From positions 4,774,001 to 4,838,000 of the forward strand of contig CM075988.1 in the NCBI GenBank assembly GCA_038087875.1: a stretch of 64,000 nucleotides of DNA, given 5' to 3'. Source of the DNA: Malacoraja senta. Taxonomy: Eukaryota. The notes beneath the pieces are model-generated. The model was not told where the DNA came from, did no database searches, and worked only from the letters and a program-made list of their open reading frames with translations. Shown here piece after piece: positions 24,491 through 36,824 of this stretch; position 1 is the first letter of the stretch, and each line of letters begins with the position of its first letter. A program made the position numbers and the translations under genes.

Positions 24491-24789
24491 CAGGTCGAGA
24501 AACGTCATCTATCCATGTTCTCCAGAGATGCTGCCTGACCGAATGTGTTTTTCCAATACTTTGTGTCTTTTGCTGTATAGTTATAGTCATACAGCATGGA
24601 AACAGGGCCTTCGGCCCAACTTGCCCACACCAACCGACATGTCCCACCTACACTGGTCCCACCTGCCTCCATTTGGCCCATATCCCTCTAAACCTGTCCC
24701 GTCCATGTACCTGTCTCAATGCTTCTTAAACATTACGACAGTACCTGCCTCAACCCTCCTCTGGCAGCTTGTTCCATAGTTCTGAGTGA

Positions 24790-25100
24790 GTCCATTGTAA
24801 GTATAGCTTGACAGCACTGACAATGTCTTCCTAAAATATGCTGATGATTGAGAATAGGGTGACTGAGCAGTAATTAGCTGCATTAGATTTGTCCTGCTCT
24901 CTCTGAATGAGGGACATACCTAGGCAGCGTTCCACTTTGTCGGCAAGATGCCAGGTTTATAACTCTACTGGAACAGATTGGCTATGAGGCACGGCCAGAT
25001 CTGGAGAACAGGTCTTCAATCCTGTTCCTGGGATGTTGAATACTCCTACAGCCTTTGCTGTGTACAGTGCTCTCAGTCATCTCTTGATGTAACTTGGAGT
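24790..25100 (-). mobile_element. Ancient LINE RT relic
   Basis: Reverse reads approximately LRALYTAKAVG..NIP...LKTCSPDLA....QDKSNAANYCSVTL.SIIS, a decayed RT N-terminus. Confidence 0.55.
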
Positions 25101-25120
25101 GATTAGAACTGGTTAAAGAC

Positions 25121-25410
25121 TAGTTTAGTTTAGAGATATAGTGTGGAAACAGGCCTGTCGGCCCACTGAGTCCACATCAACTTTGTTCACCCATACACTC
25201 GTTCCATCCTACACACAAGGGACATTTTACATAAGCCAATTAACCTACAAACCTGCATATCTTTAGAATGTGGGAAGAAACCGAAGCACCCGGAGAAAAC
25301 CCACACGGTCACTGGGAGAACGCACAAACTCAATGCAGACAGCAACCATGGTCAGGATCGAACCAGGGTCTCTGCCGCTGTGAGGCAGCAACTCTACCGC
25401 TGCACCACCC
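25121..25410 (-). mobile_element. HE1-like SINE
   Basis: Standard tail and head in reverse. Confidence 0.85.
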
Positions 25411-26278
25411 TGATGTTGGGATGGGATCTCAGGCTGAAGCTCAGTACTTTTGGATGAATATGATTGCATAGGTTGTGTGTAGGAAGGAACTGCAGATGCT
25501 GGTTTAAACCGAAGATAGACGCAAAAAGCTGGAGTAACTCGGGAAGCGTGAATAGGTGACCTTTCGGGTCGAGACCCTTCTTCAGACCTACACATAATTT
25601 TACTGGATTGCATGTAAAACAAATAATTTCACTGTATCTAAGTACTTGTGGCACTAAAGTAACTATTACCAACTATTACTATTACTATTACTCGGAATCT
25701 CACCCAAGACTCCACCGATATGTCGGTCTGGGTAATGGTCTCAAGTCTGTGAAGACCCTAAACATCACCTATTCCTTTTCTCCAGAGATGCTGCCTGACC
25801 CGCTGAGTTTCTCCAGCACTCTTGTGTCTGTCTACAGCTGCGGAGGCTTCAGCTTTACCACGAGCGCTCACATGCTGAGTCCCACCACCGTGGAAGCTGG
25901 AGATATTCTTGGAATCTCCTCCTCCTGTCAGCTGTTAAATTACTCACTGATGTTAGCAACTGGGTGCGTTAGGACTGTCGAGCTTTGATCTGCTGGTTGC
26001 AAGATCACTCTGTTCCGTCTAGTGCATGGAAACAGAAGAGATTGGAAATGCTCAGCTGGTCCTGCGCACTTTGTTGCAGTTCAAAGACCTCTTGTCAGAA
26101 CCAAAGTTCAAAGAACCGAAGAAAACAAGTTAGTTTTAAATTGCAAAGTGAGCAGAGGATAGTGGGAGGTTATCCCCTGTGTTGAAACCTTCTCTCTCTG
26201 CCTCAGTCTCATTCTGCAGGCTTTGCTCAGCAGTGATGCTACAAGGCAGTCTTGGTAATGGACAATAATGTCCCTCAC

Positions 26279-26995
26279 CCTGTCCCACTTAGGCAACTTT
26301 TTTAGGCGCTGGACGGTCGCCACATGTTCGCGGGTGGTTGCTGGGGAGTCGCCTTCGTGGTTGTGAGGAGTTCCCACATTCTGGGAACTAGTCACGGCTT
26401 CATTCTGATCGCCGCCATGGAGAGTAGCGCGAATTCTCGTGCTGTAGGTGCAGCGGTAGTGGGTCGCCAGGAGGTCGTAGGTTGTCGTAGGTTCTCGTAG
26501 GTTGTAGCAGGTGCTGACCGGTGAATTTCAATGTCTCATCATCTCTAGTTTTCAGAACCAAGGATAACCGACCGGTAATGTTAATGTCCGCCGAGCTTCA
26601 CAGCCGTGTATCTCTGGCTTCTTAAAAAGTTGGCTCCACTCCTTCTCCCCAACTCGTCTCCCCCTTCTCCCCCCTTCCCCCCCTCTTTTAAAGGACTTAA
26701 GTGACCCTTCCCATACACTGTGCTTTCACTGTCTTAATTACTGCACCAACCTTCCTGTTTATCGTGGTGTGTGTCTGTATCGCATTGGCTTTGCACCGTG
26801 TGAATTTCACTCAGACAGCGCTCCCCCCCACCCCCCCACCCCACTTGCCCTGTCCCCTGCCTGCATAACGGGCTGGTGAAGGAAGCGATGTGTGTGTGTG
26901 AATTCCACTCTGACAGTCGCCGGTTTTTCAGCGACCTGCTAATACTTGACAGTCGCCGGCAGTCGCCTGAAAAATTGCCTAAGTGGGACAGGCCC
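26279..26995. mobile_element. MITE (non-autonomous DNA transposon) with (GGG)CCTGTCCCACTT TIRs
   Basis: CCTGTCCCACTTAGGCAACTTTTT at the left and AAAAATTGCCTAAGTGGGACAGGCCC at the right; no coding capacity. Confidence 0.8.
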
Positions 26996-27549
26996 ATTAC
27001 AGAGCTTACAGCGTCAGAGACCCGAGTTCGATTCTGGCCTTAGGTGCTGTCTGTATGGAGTTTGTACATTCTCCCCATTCATGCCACTCATAATTTTATA
27101 CACCTCTATCGGGTGACCCCACAACCACTAGCATTTCATGGAAAACAATCCAAGTCTGTCCAATCCCTACCTGTAGTTAATATCCCCTAATCCAGGCATC
27201 GCTCTGGTAATCATCCTCTGCACCCTTTCCAAAATCTCCGCATCCTTCCTGTAATGGGGTGACTCGGACTGCATTGCAAGAGTCCAAATATTTGAATATT
27301 CCAGTGTTTGAAGACCTTTGAGGATCGCGCTATGTTTATCATGTTACGGCATCATACTTGATGGGCCGAATGGTCTAATTCTGCTCCCGTAACTTATGAA
27401 CATATGAACTTACGAACTGCACGGGTGACAGGTCTCTAGCCAGAATACCTTCCTCCCTCCACAACACTCAGTCTTCTATGAATAAGCCAGACTGCCCCCT
27501 TGCGACCAAACCATCATGGTTAACATAGGGATGGTGGGGTGAATGGCCT

Positions 27550-27870
27550 GTTTAGTTTTATTTTAGTTTTAGTTTCAGAGATACAACGTGGAAACAGGCC
27601 CTTCGGCCCACCGAGTCCGCACCGACCAGCGATCCCCGCACATTAACACTATCCTACACACACTAGGGTCAATGTACATTTATACCAAGCCAATTTACCT
27701 ACAAACCTATACGTCTTTGGAATGTGGGAGGAAACCGAAGATCTCAGAGAACACCAAGCAGTCACGGGGAGAACGTACAAACTCTGTACAGACAGCACCC
27801 GTAGCCAGGATCGAACCCGGGTGTCTGTCGCTGTAAGTGCTGTAAGGCAGCAACTCTACCGCTGTTCCTC
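27550..27870 (-). mobile_element. HE1-like SINE
   Basis: Standard tail and head in reverse. Confidence 0.85.
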
Positions 27871-28279
27871 TGTGTTCTATGACTCGATGCCCAATGCCCT
27901 CTCATTCCTTCTGTCTCCAACAATCTATCAACACCTGCTTTGAATGTACCGCACTCCTAAACATGAATCAACATCACGGTGACATGTTGGAACTGCTTCT
28001 CCACAGGTCTAAAGACAAACTATTTTATGTTGCTTTGAAACAGGTTAGCAATTAATGCTAATTATTCTACACATCCCAGATGAAGCACGCAGCTAGGATG
28101 CAAGTTAAGCTGGGAAATTACAAAAGCATGTAACCCCGTTGTACGGACTGAGCTGAAAGAAAAGAAATCCACACAATGAAGGGAGAACGCTGTTGGAAGC
28201 AGTTGCCTGATATTACACAGGCTTACAACCAGCCAGCTAACTGAGTAATATGTCTGACAGCTGTAACCACCATCACAGT

Positions 28280-28702
28280 CACAGTGGTGCAGTGGTAGAG
28301 TTGCTGCATTACAGCGCCGGTACACCGGGTTCAATCCTGACTACGCACGCTGGCTGTATGGAGTTTGCACATTCTCCCCGTGACCTGTGTGGGTTTTCTC
28401 CGAGATCTTCGGTTTCCTCCCGCACTCCTAAGACGTACACGTTTCCTAGGTTAATTGGCTTGGTATAAGTGTAAAAAAATGTCCCTAGGGGATCGCTGGT
28501 CGGTATGGAGCCGGTGGGCCGAAGGGCCTGTTCCCATGCTGTATCTCTAAACTAAACTAAACTATTGGAGTCAGCAATTGGCTTGGTGTAAGTGTAAATT
28601 GTCCCTAGTGTGTGTAGGATATTGTTAATTTGCAGGGATCGCTGGTCGGTATGGACCCGGTGGGCCGAAGGGCCTGTTTCCGCGCTGTATCTCTAAAACT
28701 AA
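28280..28702 (+). mobile_element. HE1-like SINE with duplicated 3' half
   Basis: Head at 28280; the 3' module AATTGGCTTGGT..GTATCTCTAAA occurs twice (~28453-28563 and ~28577-28702). Confidence 0.8.
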
Positions 28703-29561
28703 ATTTAATTTGATGTGAACTGTTGTAAAATGAATAGATTTTGCATCTCGACCGCAGCTAAATTGTGAAGAATTTAAAAGCAGCCGTTATCTTAGCTGGC
28801 CATCTGGTGCAGTTGGGTTCAGAGACCCCAGACAAATACAAATCTGAGCACGATGCACTTCCTTGCTTGTAAGTCGGTGTAAGTTGTTCTCACTGTTCAA
28901 GTCTTTATTTCTCAGTGGTTAAGAAGCTGGAGCATTGGCCTCATTGTTCGCTGAGGCCACTGACACCCCATTGACCCCTCTGTGCTGTTATCAGCTCAAA
29001 CTTCCAGCAATCAGTGGGCTGAGATTAATTGGAGCAGCTTGGTGAGGATCGACATCTAATTCAAAACAGTGACTGCAAAACACCTTGCCCCAGCAGGTAT
29101 GGGGTTATTATGCAAATCAACCAGCAGAAGGCTCTGAATATTAATCGAGTCGAGAGAGGGCTGTGTAGCCTATTCCTCGGCTCCACGGTGTAAACTCAAT
29201 CCTTTCCCAACTAGTACCTGACTCCTTTGCAAACTTCTAGAGTAGAATTGGGCCGGTTGCCTGGTGTAGCAACAAAATGGTTGGCAGAATACTTCTAAAC
29301 ATCATAAAGTTCCCCGCCTTGAAAACCGTCAGGCTTGTTTTTATTGACATCTTAGTTCAGTTTAGTTTAATTTTGTTGTTTAGTTTAGTTTGGTTTAAGT
29401 TAGTTTAGTTTAGGTTAGGTTAGGCAATCCCCACACATTAAAACTACCCTACACACACTGGGGAGAAAGTTTGACATTTATTCCAATCCCATTAAACTTC
29501 AAACCTGTATGTCTTTGGAGTGTGGGAGAAAACCGAGGATCTTTTAATAGAAGGCAGTTAA

Positions 29562-29817
29562 GGGCCTGCCCCACTTTCACGACCTAATTCACGACCTCTG
29601 CCAAGTTTGCCCTTGACTCATACTCGCAGCATGGTCGTCACGAGGACGTAGGAGGTCATAGGAAGGTCGTGGGAGTTTCATATGTGGGTCGTAGCAGGTC
29701 GTGATGTTAGTCGTAGGTACACTTGGCATCAAGTAGGTCGGGGCGTTTTTTCAACATGATCAAAAATGTTCACGAGTAAAAAAGTCGTGAATTTGGTCTC
29801 GAAAGTGGGACAGGCCC
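29562..29817. mobile_element. MITE flanked by TTAA, inserted into a SINE
   Basis: TTAA-GGGCCTGCCCCACTTTCACGAC ... GTCTCGAAAGTGGGACAGGCCC-TTAA. The host SINE head AAGGCAG|CTCTA is split. Confidence 0.85.
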
Positions 29818-29959
29818 TTAACTCTATCGCTACGCCACCGTGCCGCCAAACAATATGGTTGACGTTGTTGGGATCCATAAGCTGAGAGATAATGCCAATC
29901 TGTAGAGTTGATTCTCCCTGTGCAGAAGGGTAGGATCATCGGAGAGTGGAAATCAAAGT

Positions 29960-30865
29960 CGGTGGGGGCGCTGCAAGACGGCGCCCTGTCAGCAGCGTGT
30001 TAGTTTTTTTTCAACTTTTTAAATTTTTTTAGTATGTTTTAAAGTATGTTTTTAATGTTTCTTTGTGTGTCTTGTGTGGGGGTGGTGTGGGGGGGGGGTG
30101 AGGGGGAAACCGCTTCGGTCGCCTCCTCCACAGAGAGGCGACTTTTTCCAGGTCTCCTCCCCCGTGGCCTAACATCGAGGATCGGGCGGCCTTTCCCGGA
30201 GATGAGCCCGGGGCTTCAGCGGCGGGCACAGCGTGGACTCTCGGCATGGAGGGGGCGAGCCCTCGCTGGGGCTCGCCGGAGGGGAGCGCTCCGTTTCGCT
30301 GGCCCGCGGCAGCCGGCAGCCTGAAACCGCGGTCTGCAGAGCTCCAGCTGGCGCGGCGTCCGCAGCCCGGGATCCCTCGTGGGGGGACCCGGGAGAAGAA
30401 GAAGCCACCACTGCCGGCCCACGGCCTACTTCTACCACGGGCCCGGCGTGGACTTACCATCACCCCTGGAGGGGAGCTTCGACCGCCGGCCCTGCGGTCT
30501 GCGGTGCTTCTGGCTGCCGCGGTGGGGACTTTAAATCTACGCCCGCTGGCCTGTGGCCTACACCAACCTGAAGCCGCGGTCTCCGGTGGGGAAGAACCGA
30601 CTCTGGACTTACCTGGACTTTTACCTGTCTGCACATCTGGACGCCCGCAGCAGCAGCTGCGGAGGGTTGATGTCCCGACCACGGGGGAAAATTGAGGAGG
30701 ACTGGCCAAATTTTCTCCCTTCCACCACAGTGATGAATGAAAGGTGGATGTTTGTGTTACATTTTTATTGTGTATTGTGTGTTCTTTCTCATTGTACCGC
30801 TGCTGGCAAATTCATTTCACTTGCACTTTATGTGCAATGTGACGAATAAAACCGTATTGTATTGT
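29960..30865 (+). mobile_element. Non-autonomous GC-rich LINE-mobilised element
   Basis: GC leader, T-rich stretch, G-run followed by GGAAAC, CpG-rich core, CCTTCCACCACAGTGA box, AATAAA plus (TATTG)n tail. Confidence 0.7.
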
Positions 30866-31859
30866 AAACAAGGAGCCACAGTTGCTGATTTACAAAAAAA
30901 CAGGTACCAAGTGCTGGGTTAAATTAGTGAGCCGGGCAGCATCTGTGGAGAACATGGAAAGGTGGAGTTTCAGATCGGGACCCATCTACAGACTGCAGAT
31001 CAGAGTACCCAGTCTGTATTGGAGGTAGATGATAGGTATGGAATGTGTGGTGGTGACTGGGTTTGTGGGTGTCTAGGTGTATAAGTTTCTTTTTTTTTTC
31101 ACTTAAGTTTTTATTGATTTTTCGCAGAGATATACAAAATACCATCACCATAAATAAAATAAAATATCAAAAGCAACAACCAAAAAACAAAATATATAGA
31201 CCCTCCCCCCAACAAATAAATAAATAAATAATTGGAATGAGACCATGTGGTGCACTTACCAAATAAAAAATAAAAACAGTTGCATTGATTAGTTATCTGG
31301 AGTTTTTTCAATATTTGCACAAACATACCATCTAGTTCTATATAACACAATCTTCCCATATCTAGCTCGGCATTTATCTAGTTGGTGTCGTGGCTCAATA
31401 AACGGTCCATTTTCCCCAGATCTTCTCAAATGAATTCTCCTTGACTCTCAAGAAATATGTCAATTTCTCCATAATAAAGATATCTTGCACAATTTCTTGC
31501 CACTGTTCCTGTTTTGGACTTTTTTCATTAAGCCACTGCCTGGTAATGGCCTTCTTACTTGCTGCAAGCAAAACTTTAATCAAATAGGTATCTTCTATCT
31601 TTACAATATCTTTAATGTGCCCCAGATACAACACAGGGCAGGTATTTGGAATTTTATAACCCAAGATATTTTGAACAGCTGCATTAACATTTTCCCAGTA
31701 TGGCCTTAGCACAGTTCCAGAAAATATGCGAGTGGTCTGCCTCCATACTCCCACACAGCCTCCAACAGTGTTGTTGGACAGCAAGTTGTCTGCTTTTTAT
31801 TTTGGGTGTTATAAAAAAGCGAGTTAGATCCTTCCAGCAAAATTCTCTCCATACTAGCG

Positions 31860-32476
31860 GACCTGGAGCAATATACCAGAGCGAACAACGTCATCATCAC
31901 CGGGCTCAGAGTAAAGCCCCGTTCATACGCGCGGGCGGTGACTGACGACAACGGGGGGGAGCCCGGGGAAATGGATGCTAGCTCCACGGAGCAACAGGTG
32001 ACTGCCTTCCTGCAGTCCAAGGGAATACACCTGGACTGCGGCAACATCGAGGCTTGTCACCCCCTGTCCAGGAGAAAAACCAACGATGTTAATAATAGCG
32101 ATGACAAACCAGCCATCATAATAAGGTTTGTCAATAGGAAAAACAAAGTTAGTCTGCTAAAACAAGGAAGACATTTGAAGGGAACAAACGTATTCATGAA
32201 CGAACATCTAACAAAACGCAACGCCGACATAGCCCGACAAGCACGACACCTCAAGAAACAAAAAAAAATACAAAACACCTGGACTGCAAACTGCAAAATC
32301 TTTATCAAATTAAACGGAACACCAGAGGAAGCCAAAGTGCTGGTCATCAGAGACATTGCAGACCTGGACAAATACCAATGAACATCAAACTGGAATGTGA
32401 GGTAACATTCATCTACACACACAACCATGACACACACTGAAGGAACTCATTCATTCACATCTGGAAACATCAGCCA
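31860..32476 (+). mobile_element. Internal ORF1 fragment of a CR1-group (Crack/Daphne/L2B-like) LINE
   Basis: LEQYTRANNVIITGL..IEACHPL..IIIRFVNRK..VFMNEHLTKRNA..TWTANCKIFIK (L1-like RRM/CTD ORF1); reading frame open to the stop at 32381. Confidence 0.8.
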
Positions 32477-33439
32477 AGCTTGTGGATGAACATTGTGTTT
32501 CACACATTTGATACCATTCTTCTTCTGTTATTTGAATTTTTAATTCTGCTTCCCATTTTAGTTTTTATGTAGAGCGTTGATTCTCCCCCGCTTCCCACCA
32601 GAGCTTGGTAGAAAGCAGAGATGACCCGAGATCCCTTCTGTTTGTATGCATCCACAATCACCTTGATCAGATTATTTGAAGTTTCATCTAGTTCTGGCCT
32701 TATCTCTTTTGTAAAGTAGTCTCTTAATTGCAATTATAAAAAAAATCTTTGTTTTCGAGACCATAATTTGACTTTCAATCTTGGAAGCTCATAAACTCGC
32801 TATTTTTTGAAACTGTATACATTGCCGTTATGCCTTTTTGTGCCCATTCTTTGAATCTTGAATCATACACCCCTGGCTTAAACTTTGAGTCATATGCGAA
32901 CCACTTCAATGTGTGAACCCCTCATTTCAATTTGTATTTTTCCACTATAACATTCCATATTTCTAACGTAAATGCTACTATTGGATCCATAGCATGTCTC
33001 AAAGCCCCTCTCAGATATTTGTCTCCCACCAAAATCTTGGTCTGGTAACCCTGTATCTCCCTTTCCATTTCTTTCCATCGAGACTCATAATCAGGTCTAC
33101 ACCAACAAGCCAATAGTTTTATTCTTGGTGTTTTGCTATTCCAAATGAATCTAGGGATCACCTTCTCCCAGGCTATGAATTTGTCTCGGGGAACATTAAT
33201 TGGGAGAAATTATAATAAATATAGTAGTTTAGGTATTTTTACCGTTTGTATTCTGGCACTGAAGTCTGGAGTAAGGGTAGACCACCTTTCAACATCCTTT
33301 TTGATGTTTTCATCAATTTTGTTATAATTAGTTTCGAACATGTTGGAAAGTTTTTTGGTTATAGTTACCAAGATACTGCATCGTTTTGGAATTCCATTTC
33401 AGATTATATGCATCTCTGATTTTTGGGGTGGAGAATAAT

Positions 33440-36400
33440 AATAATAATTTTTTTTTTTAAATAATTTTTATTAGAAGCAAACATATTATAAAGTATAGTA
33501 ACATATTATAGTAAAAAAAACTTTTCATATACATCAATCATACATTATTAAAATTGTCAATTGTCGATTAATTCTGCTTCTAGTGTTTAAAAAAATATAT
33601 ATAGATAGAAAAAGATAGAGAGAAAGAAAAAAGAATTACAAATATCAAAAAATAGAGGTGGAATGAATTACTTATAATACGTCATTGGAGATAAGTTCGT
33701 AGGTTATGAAGTATAATTTTACATCTAATCCTGAGTTCAAGCTTCAGTTGGGTGTTCGTGCTGGGCCAATCTATCCCTTCAGATAGTTAATGAATGGAGC
33801 CCATATTTTAACAAAAAGTTCTTGTTTGTCCATCAAGACAAGTCTAATTCTTTCTAGATGTAGGGTCTCCGACATTTCCACAATCCACATTTTAATTGTG
33901 GGGGTTATAGGGCCTTTCCAAAATTTTAATATTAATTTTTCCCAGTTATTATACTGTAGTCAAGGAAGTTTCTTTGGCTTGTTGTGAGTGTTAAACTTTG
34001 TTCTGATATCACAAGTATTATTAATTTTGAGTCTGGATCCAATTTAGTATTAACAACTTCAGAAATTATTTCAAAAATATCAGTCCAGAAATTTTTAATT
34101 TTTGTTCAATTTGCAAAAGTATGTGTTAAATTGGCCTCTAGGTGCAGACATTTATCACAGATAGGAGAAATATGTGGGAAGATTATATTTAGTTTTATTT
34201 TGGAGTAATGTAATCTGTGTAAGACTTTAAATTGTATTAAAGTATGTCTAGCATTTAACGAACATTGATGTATATGTTGTAAACTTTCGTCCCAAATATC
34301 TTTCGTTATAGAGTGACCTAACTCATTTTCCCATGTGTGTCTATATAGTTCCATCGGTGGTACCTCGTTGTTTAAGAGGGTGTTATAAATATAAGCTATT
34401 AATTTTTCAGTGTCAGGATTCTTATTCAAACATTCATCAAGAATTTCTGGTTCCCTAGTCCTATAAACTTGTGTATTAGATTTAACATAATCTCTAATTT
34501 GTAGATATCTGAAGAAATAATTTGAGTGCAGTCCATGATTCTGTTGTAACTCTTGAAATGAAAGAAAAATGCCTTTCCTATAAAGATGTCCAATCTTTTT
34601 AATTCCATAATTTTTCCATTGTGTGAAACCTTTATCCAATATAGATGGCTTGAATAAAGGATTATTTACAATGGGAAGACATAGTGGTATATTATTCAGT
34701 TTTAAAGCTTTTTTTTAATTGTTTCCAAATTCGTATTCCACTATGTATTATAGGGCTTTCCTTATAGGTTTTTTTATGCAGTTTTGTGGGAGCAAATATA
34801 ATCGAACCAATTTCAAAAGGTAAACAGTCTTCCTTTTCCATCCTTAACCAAGCTGGTTGTTGATCTATTTCTTCCAGCCAGAAATTCATGTTTTTAATAT
34901 GGACTGCCCAAAATAAAATAAGAAATTTGGCAAGGCCAAACCTCCGTCGCTCTTTGACTTACATAAATGTTTTTTACTTATTCTATGATTCTTATAATTC
35001 CAAATAAAGCTTGTAACAATGGAATCGACTTTTTTGAAAACGTTTTTTGGGATATATATCGGAATTAATTGAAATAGGTACAGTAGTTGCGGTAAGAAGA
35101 TCATTTTTATAGCATTAATTCTACCAAGCATTGCAATGGGAAGTGTTTTCCAGTACTGAATATTCTTGTGTAATTTATTAAGTAAGGGTGGAAAATTTTG
35201 TTTAAGGTATATGTCTTAGTTACGTAGATTCCTAAATATTTAAGTTTATCTTTAACTATTTTAAATGGGGATTGTTGTAATGTGTTTAAATTGAGTTTTG
35301 TTATTGGCATGATTTCACTTTTATTCCAGTTAATTCTATATCCTGAGAACTGACCAATTTGAGTTATTAGATTTAATAGATTTGGAATACTAGTTTCTAA
35401 CTTTGTAATATATATTAGTACATCATCTGCATATAAAGACATTTTATTCCTTGTATCTCTAGTGTTGTACCCGTGTATTCCTGGATGGGCTCTAACGCTT
35501 TCTGCTAATGGTTCAATTGCAAGAGCAAATAATAGTGGGGATAGTGAACATCCTTGTCTACAACCTCTAGAAAGATTAAATTTAGCTGATAACATTTGGT
35601 TTGTTAATATTCTAGCTGTTGGGTTAGAGTATAACAATTTAACCCATGTACAGTACTTCTCTCCCAGTTTTAATTTTTCCATTACCGAAAATAAATATGA
35701 CCATTCTACCTGGTCAAATGCTTTTTCAGCATCTAACGAAGTAATTGCTAGATCTGCATTAGGAATTCTATTTGTATATATAATATTGAATAGTCTTCTC
35801 AAATTATAAAATGAGTAACGTTTTGGAATAAAACCTGTTTGGTCGGGGTGTATTAATTTGTTAATCACTAAGCTCAATCTATGAGAAAGGATTTTGGTTA
35901 ATATTTTCTGATCAGTATTTAAGAGAGCTATTGCTCTATATGAACCTGGGTCTTCAGGATCCTTATCCGTTTTTGGTATAAGTATGACGGTAGATTCATT
36001 TAGAGTTTCTGGGAGTTTCTGTTGAGTGTAAGCGTATTTGTATAGTGTCTGTAGGCGTGGAGAAATCAGATCGTAAATTTTTAAATAAAATTCAGAGCAT
36101 AGACCATCAGGACCAGCGGCCTTTCCATTTTTTAAAGATCTAATTGACTCTTCAATGTCTTTTACCATAATTTCAGCATCCAGTGATTCTCTCTCTTTCT
36201 GATCTAAACCCGTAAGATTACATTTCTGTAGAAATGTTTCCATTCCTGCTGATTGTTCTGTCGTTTTAGATGAGTACAGTTTTTGATAGTATTGTAAAAA
36301 TCTATCATTAATATCTTTAGGCAGTGTTAATGTTTCTCCCTTGTCTGATCTAATTTTGTAAATTGCTTTTCCCCCGTCCAGTTTACGAAGTTGACGCGCC

Positions 36401-36824
36401 ATTGTTTTTGTGGTTTATCACCAAATTCAAAGTTTAATTGTTTTGTATGTTGATATAGTTTTATAACTTGGTCTGAGTATATCTTGTTTAACTTATATTT
36501 CAGTACTGCAATTTTATTGTGTTTTACCATAGATGGTGCTATTGCATTTTCTATGTCTAATTGCCTTATTTCCATTTCCAATGTCTGTTGTTTGGCCCTA
36601 TTCTCTTTGTTAAGAAATGATTGGGAAGAGATTAATACTCCTCGCACAAATACTTTAAATGTTTCCCAAAGAAGGGAGGCAGAGATTTCAGGGCTATCAT
36701 TAGCCTCAAAAAACATATTAATCTGTTTTACGAGGTATTCATTACATAGCTTTTCTTTTAAGATTTGGGGGTTAAGTCTCCATTGTGACTGTGTCTCGGT
36801 CATTCCATTTAGTTTAATCATAAA
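33440..36824 (-). mobile_element. 5'-truncated L1 with 16-bp TSD
   Basis: ORF2 pieces 36821-34106 (GKAAGPDG, DAEKAFD, GCRQGCSLSPLLF, YADD, C..C). TSD TGGGGTGGAGAATAAT at 33424-33439 and 36825-36840. Confidence 0.92.

Noticed and set aside
30029..30709. GC-rich overlapping ORFs or CpG-island gene
   Set aside because: Interior of a non-autonomous retroelement; ORFs on both strands reflect GC content.
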